A DNA stretch of 57,003 bases from a virus: IMG/VR virus record IMGVR_UViG_3300040801_002155, positions 1 through 57,003 of that record; one strand, given 5' to 3'. The notes under the pieces are model-generated. The model made no database searches, was not told the origin of the DNA, and was given only the letters and a program-made list of their open reading frames with translations. Numbering within the stretch: position 1 is the stretch's first letter; each line of letters opens with the position of its first letter. Shown one piece after another: positions 52,931 to 57,003 of the stretch. Made by a program: the position numbers and the translations under genes.

Positions 52931-54012
52931 CTTTCCTCCCAACCTTCAGGATAATGTAATTCCCAAAGAATATCTAATTTTTGTTTGTCTGTTAATTCTT
53001 GTGGTGGCTCAACCGGTTCATCTAATTTTTTCATATACTTTTCATGACCGGAACACCACTCGCTTTGTCCAATTCGGAACCAATTAATTCCGTCATTAAA
53101 TCGTTCTTCATAGACATATACTCGATTACCCATAAACAAGGATCGAACATACTTTCCATCTGGATAATCCGGAGTCGCCCTAACATTAAGTTCTTCTGTT
53201 ACACATTCTGCTCTAAATATAGCATCTTCAACCGGTGGCTCTACTGGAGGATCTTCGTCTTCAACCTCAAATGGTGAATCAATAATTGCCTGGCCAAGTT
53301 CTGGGCGCAACACAAATGCATGGCGATACTCCCACCAATTACAGCCTTGCAGATTGTGTTTCTTTACTTCGCTAACAAATATCTTTTGATCTTCTGGAAT
53401 TGCGCCCCAACCATGCTCGTTGAATGCCGCACCAGTTGGAATCATTGGAATGGTGGTTAACTTAGAATATTCCTCAATCGTTTGTTTTAATTGTCCCGGG
53501 ACCGTACCATTAGATTGCATCCAATATACCTGAGGCATATTTCCATCCATGTACTTAAGAAAAGTCTTAAATGGAAAACCACGATGAAGTGATGGGAAAC
53601 GAAACGTTGATAAATATAGCGGTAAGTCAGGAAATGCTTCTCTTAATGTTTCACAATAAATTTGAGCGGCGGCTGCTGAGTTCTCTAAATCTCTATATGC
53701 AACTTCCGCATTAATAACCAAACCATCATATGGATACTTTCTCAGTTCTTGAATTACGCGAACTGCTTCTGACTTTGCAAATGCCCCATAAACAAAATGA
53801 AACGGAACAACTTTAATTCCCGCTTCATGCGAACGTGACACAAATTCGTTTAAATATGGAGAATTTCCAGCATACTCATAATTCCCATCTGCAATCTTTG
53901 GCATGGCATGCGTCATTCCCGCTTTTACAAGATTTGCAACAATCTGTTCAACTGGACCAGATCTCCATAGTTGCCAAATATAGATTCCTTTTCCTTTGAC
54001 TAAATTTTTCAT
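52921..54012 (-). CDS. Cell-wall hydrolase candidate: TIM-barrel glycosidase-like N-terminal domain + SH3b-like C-terminal domain
   Basis: KGIYIWQL...AGIKVVPFHFVYG pattern. C-terminus LNVRATPDYPDGKYVRSLFMGNRVYVYEERFNDGINWFRI is SH3b-like. Confidence 0.5.
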   Translation of the reverse strand: MKNLVKGKGIYIWQLWRSGPVEQIVANLVKAGMTHAMPKIADGNYEYAGNSPYLNEFVSRSHEAGIKVVPFHFVYGAFAKSEAVRVIQELRKYPYDGLVINAEVAYRDLENSAAAAQIYCETLREAFPDLPLYLSTFRFPSLHRGFPFKTFLKYMDGNMPQVYWMQSNGTVPGQLKQTIEEYSKLTTIPMIPTGAAFNEHGWGAIPEDQKIFVSEVKKHNLQGCNWWEYRHAFVLRPELGQAIIDSPFEVEDEDPPVEPPVEDAIFRAECVTEELNVRATPDYPDGKYVRSLFMGNRVYVYEERFNDGINWFRIGQSEWCSGHEKYMKKLDEPVEPPQELTDKQKLDILWELHYPEGWEERWV

Positions 54013-54419
54013 TCTTCTTCCTCCTCTAATTCTGCTTCGGCTATTAATGCATAAGGTTCAAATATAACTTGTAATCGCCATTCAAATTCTTTAACTTGAT
54101 CCTCGATGGATTTTACTAAAAATGCATTTTGTGGAGGATCGAACATCAAACGAATTTTTAAATACATATAACTTTTTATAAGTTCGGCATCTTCGTCTGA
54201 GAAAAAATCTGTCCATAGATCTTCTCTCGAAGTTATTCTAAATCCATCACTGGAACCACCACCCAATTGATTCAGTATACTAAATACAGAATTAATATGC
54301 ATAATAAGTTCTTGATCGAAATTGGTATCGCCATCGTCATACTCTTCACCCGATGGATCTTCGACAATATTGACTTCGATTCCCAAAAGAGTTTTAACTG
54401 AATCTAATATACTGTCCAT
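54009..54419 (-). CDS. gp6-like head-tail connector / DNA-packaging protein candidate
   Basis: MDSILDSVKTLLGIEV...FDQELIMHINSVFSILNQLG pattern. Confidence 0.45.
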   Translation of the reverse strand: MDSILDSVKTLLGIEVNIVEDPSGEEYDDGDTNFDQELIMHINSVFSILNQLGGGSSDGFRITSREDLWTDFFSDEDAELIKSYMYLKIRLMFDPPQNAFLVKSIEDQVKEFEWRLQVIFEPYALIAEAELEEEEE

Positions 54420-54829
54420 AAAGTTGTATCTCCTTTTTCTCTTTTCTTTGGCAATCTAATTAAATTATCTTTATTGCCAAAATGAATTGCGTTATGTGTG
54501 TTATGAGAAACGCAAATTAAAAATTCTGGATCAAGAAGAATCTCGCTTCCGAATTCTAAATCTTCTGGAGTAACCGGATTCATATGATGGACCCTAATTC
54601 CACTACATATAGATCGGTCTGGCATTGCTAAGTCACATGCATTATCTCGAATAATTATTTCTCTTCGAACTTGCTTCCATTCGCGAGATGTATAAAATTG
54701 TTGATTTAAATATCTATCAAATCCAAAAGTTACAACTCCTGTTTGTCCAGAAAGTTTTAAATAATCAAATCGTTCTTCAAAAGATTTAAGTCTAATTAAT
54801 TCATTATAAGTTCTAATCTTCTTCGTCAT
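54404..54829 (-). CDS. HNH endonuclease (terminase-associated type)
   Basis: CDLAMP...IRVHHMNPV...CVSHNTHNAIH. Confidence 0.75.
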   Translation of the reverse strand: MTKKIRTYNELIRLKSFEERFDYLKLSGQTGVVTFGFDRYLNQQFYTSREWKQVRREIIIRDNACDLAMPDRSICSGIRVHHMNPVTPEDLEFGSEILLDPEFLICVSHNTHNAIHFGNKDNLIRLPKKREKGDTTLWTVY

Positions 54830-55163
54830 ATTCGTTCTCTCTTGGTCCTGCGCCAGAATATTCGCGCATTGCTAAAAGTGCATCAGTGAATAAGGCCTCA
54901 ATCTTTTTATGCGATTTAAGTTGTTCAGTTTTTGCTGTGATCAAATCTTTTTGCTTTTCTAAAATTTCTTTTTCGATTGCTTCTTTCGTAGAACCAACTT
55001 TTAAAAAATGTGTAATAATTTGTGAGCTTGCAGTACCATCTAAAAGTTGTTGCTCTGCTAAATCATTAGCCAATGCAATCATTCGCTGCTCTTGTGCCTC
55101 CGGAGTCTTTGCTGGAGGCCTTTTTGTACTTTGTTTAGGCTTGGTTTTTGTTTGCCTAGGCAT
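54813..55163 (-). CDS. Small terminase-like / DNA-binding coiled-coil protein
   Basis: Basic N-terminus, DGTASSQIITHFLKVGSTKE, then a coiled coil. It is the first gene after the GC-rich island and overlaps the HNH gene. Confidence 0.4.
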   Translation of the reverse strand: MPRQTKTKPKQSTKRPPAKTPEAQEQRMIALANDLAEQQLLDGTASSQIITHFLKVGSTKEAIEKEILEKQKDLITAKTEQLKSHKKIEALFTDALLAMREYSGAGPRENEYDEED

Positions 55164-55185
55164 TGTTTATGCCTCCTTTCTTTGA

Positions 55186-55449
55186 CTATTGGGGTAGTTT
55201 GAGAGTATTTGTTATATATTTATTGTTCTATTGCAGCCTGATGGATGCCCATTGTCTGAAAGGAGAACGGTGCTCACCAACACCGGTTTGGAAGAAGACC
55301 AACAAAAAGCAATGGACACCCACTAGGCCGCAATAGGCCTCCTCAGAAATATCCCCCGGAGATTTTTTTGGGAGCGAGGCGATTTTTAAGGGGGGGATGG
55401 TTGCTGACCTCGGCCCCCCCTATGCCTTCACTCTTCTCACTACATCGAG
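55186..55449 (-). other. GC-rich, structure-dense non-coding island: candidate cos/pac site, late promoter or leader, or ncRNA
   Basis: No ORF of 60 aa or more in any frame. G7...C7 hairpin at 55390-55420. GGCC-6 nt-GGCC at 55326-55339. An 8-bp helix pairs 55247-55254 with 55310-55317 and encloses hairpins at 55268-55285 and about 55286-55303. Confidence 0.5.
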
Positions 55450-55698
55450 TTATTCGTAAATGACAACCTTTTTATATAAACCAATGGGATCTAAGTAACA
55501 TATTCGATCAACAGCTTTCTCGACTTCTTCAATAAATTCTTTTTCTGACAAATGTATAGAAGTATTGGCAAGCCGAGCTAAGTAAGAAGAACTATTGTAA
55601 CCTTTCTCTTGATCGAATCGTTTCCATTCATCATAATCTTTATACGGATCAAAAGGATTATCTATAGTTGATAAGAAAACTGCTATCTTTTTAGTCAT
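55450..55698 (-). CDS. Hypothetical protein (82 aa)
   Basis: Minus-strand ORF. ATGA-type overlap with the upstream gene. Confidence 0.55.
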   Translation of the reverse strand: MTKKIAVFLSTIDNPFDPYKDYDEWKRFDQEKGYNSSSYLARLANTSIHLSEKEFIEEVEKAVDRICYLDPIGLYKKVVIYE

Positions 55699-56225
55699 TT
55701 AATCATCTCCCATGCTAGTAATGTGTTGATTGATAGTATACTTGGAAGACTGGTTAAAGTTTTTATAGTGGTTTGTATGGCTCTTACCAACTGAAATGGG
55801 GTCTTTATACTGCCATAATGCTTCTCATTTTCTTTAAGAATGAAATGATGCTTACTAAAACCTGAATGATCATTGTATAGCGTTTGCTCCAAGAGTGGTT
55901 CTATAAGACCATTTAATGTAGTATGGGGGTTAAAATTTACCCATTTAGTAATCATTATCAACGTTTCTTTTATAAGAGCGTCAATGATTTGCTTTTTGGC
56001 ATGGTTTATTAGTGTAGTACCATTATATTTGGGGGTGATTTTTATTTGAGAAGAGTCTTTATTTATTGAGTTGTATAGAAGTATGAAAAAGGGCCTCTTT
56101 ATTTTAGACGGGGGGTTATTTTTTAAGCTTCTTTTAAATTGAGGCGGGGGATTAAGTTCAACAATACTAAACCCAGTTGGTTGTGCTTTTATTTTAGGAG
56201 GGGGATTAATTTTATTGGCATTCAT
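55695..56225 (-). CDS. Hypothetical protein with three NPPPxxK repeats (176 aa)
   Basis: INPPPKIK, LNPPPQFK and NNPPSKIK are encoded by C5-6 runs. The ORF starts immediately after the RNA polymerase stop. Confidence 0.5.
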   Translation of the reverse strand: MNANKINPPPKIKAQPTGFSIVELNPPPQFKRSLKNNPPSKIKRPFFILLYNSINKDSSQIKITPKYNGTTLINHAKKQIIDALIKETLIMITKWVNFNPHTTLNGLIEPLLEQTLYNDHSGFSKHHFILKENEKHYGSIKTPFQLVRAIQTTIKTLTSLPSILSINTLLAWEMIK

Positions 56226-57003
56226 TTAATCATCTCCTTTATTATTAATTGCATCCATTAGTGTTGTAATTGGAAGCCCAAGTAATTTAGCTACTTCGGC
56301 TTGTGTATATCCTCTATTAAATAGAACCAGGGCTTTTGAAATCTTGGCATTGGATACTATCGGTTTTTCTCTGGGGGTTGCGTATTGCTTAATCAAATCT
56401 AAGTCGGTATTATTTAGAATCTGTTTTAAGAAATTATTTGAAACGGCTCCGGCTTGGATTGCTTCCCATTCTTTTTCTGTTATTGGGATTTGTTGCTTCT
56501 TAGCTCCGACTCTATGCCGGGCTTCTACTATTGCCATGCCTTTCATTTTTTTTAGTTGCTTTTTTGACAGCTCGGGATTGGCTTGCTTTTGTGCCTGGTA
56601 CTTACTATCTGCAAGTAATAATGCTTGCCTTTCTAATGGCTTATTACTTTTAGCAAGGGCAAGTTTAGACTTCAATGCGGCTACTTCTTTATCATACGTT
56701 TTATATGCAGAGGGGGAATAATTTAGATTTGGAGTATTTACGGCAAGTTTTCTTGCTTCATCTGCCATGGCTTTCATTGAATTTGCATAGTTTGCATATA
56801 CGGTTTCCATTACAGTGCCGGAACTTAAAGTAAATGCATCATCGGTCTCATACATTTGAGTCGATTTTGTTTTCCGATCGACGGTTACGCCATCCTTATT
56901 AATATATGTCTGGGGGTTTGGAATGAATATTTTCTTTCCAGTTTTCTTATCGATCTTATAATAATCTCTTCGATATGGAACTCGATATTCAGCAGATGCT
57001 CTA
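56226..57003 (-). CDS. C-terminal part (codons ~633-890) of the YonO/RdRP-like RNA polymerase that begins at 2012. Positions 56887-57003 duplicate 1-117
   Basis: The frame is open from the right edge to the stop at 56226-56228 and in phase with ATG 2012: (2012+56886-56855)/3 = 681. The tracked 209-aa ORF starts at internal Met682. C-terminal HTH-like YTQAEVAKLLGLPITTLMDAI. Confidence 0.75.
   Translation of the reverse strand, partial: RASAEYRVPYRRDYYKIDKKTGKKIFIPNPQTYINKDGVTVDRKTKSTQMYETDDAFTLSSGTVMETVYANYANSMKAMADEARKLAVNTPNLNYSPSAYKTYDKEVAALKSKLALAKSNKPLERQALLLADSKYQAQKQANPELSKKQLKKMKGMAIVEARHRVGAKKQQIPITEKEWEAIQAGAVSNNFLKQILNNTDLDLIKQYATPREKPIVSNAKISKALVLFNRGYTQAEVAKLLGLPITTLMDAINNKGDD
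56887..57003. repeat. Exact 117-bp terminal direct repeat, copy 2
   Basis: Identical to 1-117. Confidence 0.9.

Noticed and set aside
55236-55262. A hammerhead-ribozyme-like core (CTGATGG...GAAA) in the GC-rich island.
   Set aside because: The conserved CUGAUGA box is not matched (G instead of A at the last position). I could not build the required stem II or stem III around it.
292-56721. Plus-strand ORFs in the track, for example 292..522, 10960..11346, 24223..24531, 35047..35409 and 56344..56721.
   Set aside because: Each lies entirely antisense to a longer minus-strand gene that has an RBS and recognisable motifs. Their products are low-complexity or hydrophobic, as expected for shadow frames of an AT-rich genome. 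None has a convincing RBS.
1-57003. Stop-codon reassignment (TAG or TGA recoding), as in some gut phages.
   Set aside because: Very long ORFs (1474, 1275, 890 and 628 aa) are intact under the standard code in both early and late regions. Genes end with all three stop codons at sensible boundaries.
1-57003. tRNA genes, an integrase/attP, or a toxin-antitoxin or known defence/anti-defence cassette.
   Set aside because: I found no cloverleaf-compatible sequence, no recombinase motifs and no recognisable TA or defence domains by eye. Small unknown ORFs could still hide anti-defence functions, but I cannot support that from sequence alone.

Overview
The window is a complete tailed-phage genome. 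Positions 1-117 are identical to 56887-57003, so this is a circularly closed or permuted assembly with 56,886 bp of unique sequence. The sequence is AT-rich by eye (not computed). Strong AGGAG-type ribosome-binding sites and SH3b and holin-type lysis genes point to a Firmicutes-type host. The morphology is siphovirus-like: tape measure, Dit/Tal-type tail tip, major tail protein. Every credible gene, about 90 in total, is on the minus strand. All plus-strand ORFs in the track look like antisense shadows. I saw no integrase or lysogeny module, no tRNA genes, no CRISPR array and no stop-codon recoding.

Reading the minus strand (descending coordinates), the layout is:
- 29.45 -> 9.4 kb: many small genes, a lot of them membrane proteins. 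They include a 1.9-kb array of seven mini-genes, each bracketed by a conserved terminator-plus-promoter cassette. This region also holds DNA ligase, a FEN exonuclease, nucleoside deoxyribosyltransferase-like and DUF1599-like proteins, and a sulfotransferase-like protein.
- 8.8 -> 8.5 kb: a non-coding cluster of TGT(C/G)ACA repeats next to an AT-only tract, a candidate replication origin.
- 8.5 -> 2.0 kb: the replication module. It contains a 1275-aa fusion of SF3 helicase, AEP-like primase and family-B polymerase, an SSB-like protein, an SNF2 helicase, VRR-NUC and a PD-(D/E)XK nuclease.
- 2012 -> 1, continuing at 56886 -> 56226: an 890-codon gene that the ORF track misses because it wraps around the window ends. 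It carries beta-like and beta-prime-like double-psi beta-barrel motifs, including GADFDGD. I call it a YonO/RdRP-like single-chain RNA polymerase with HTH-like modules attached.
- 55.45 -> 55.19 kb: a GC-rich, hairpin-dense non-coding island. It could hold the cos site, a late promoter or leader, or an ncRNA.
- 55.2 -> 29.5 kb: the late region. It runs TerS-like, HNH, lysin, an embedded methyltransferase/phosphoesterase block, holin, TerL, portal, a protease-capsid fusion, then tail genes.

All function calls rest on motifs I read by eye and compared with family signatures from memory. No database search or alignment was run.
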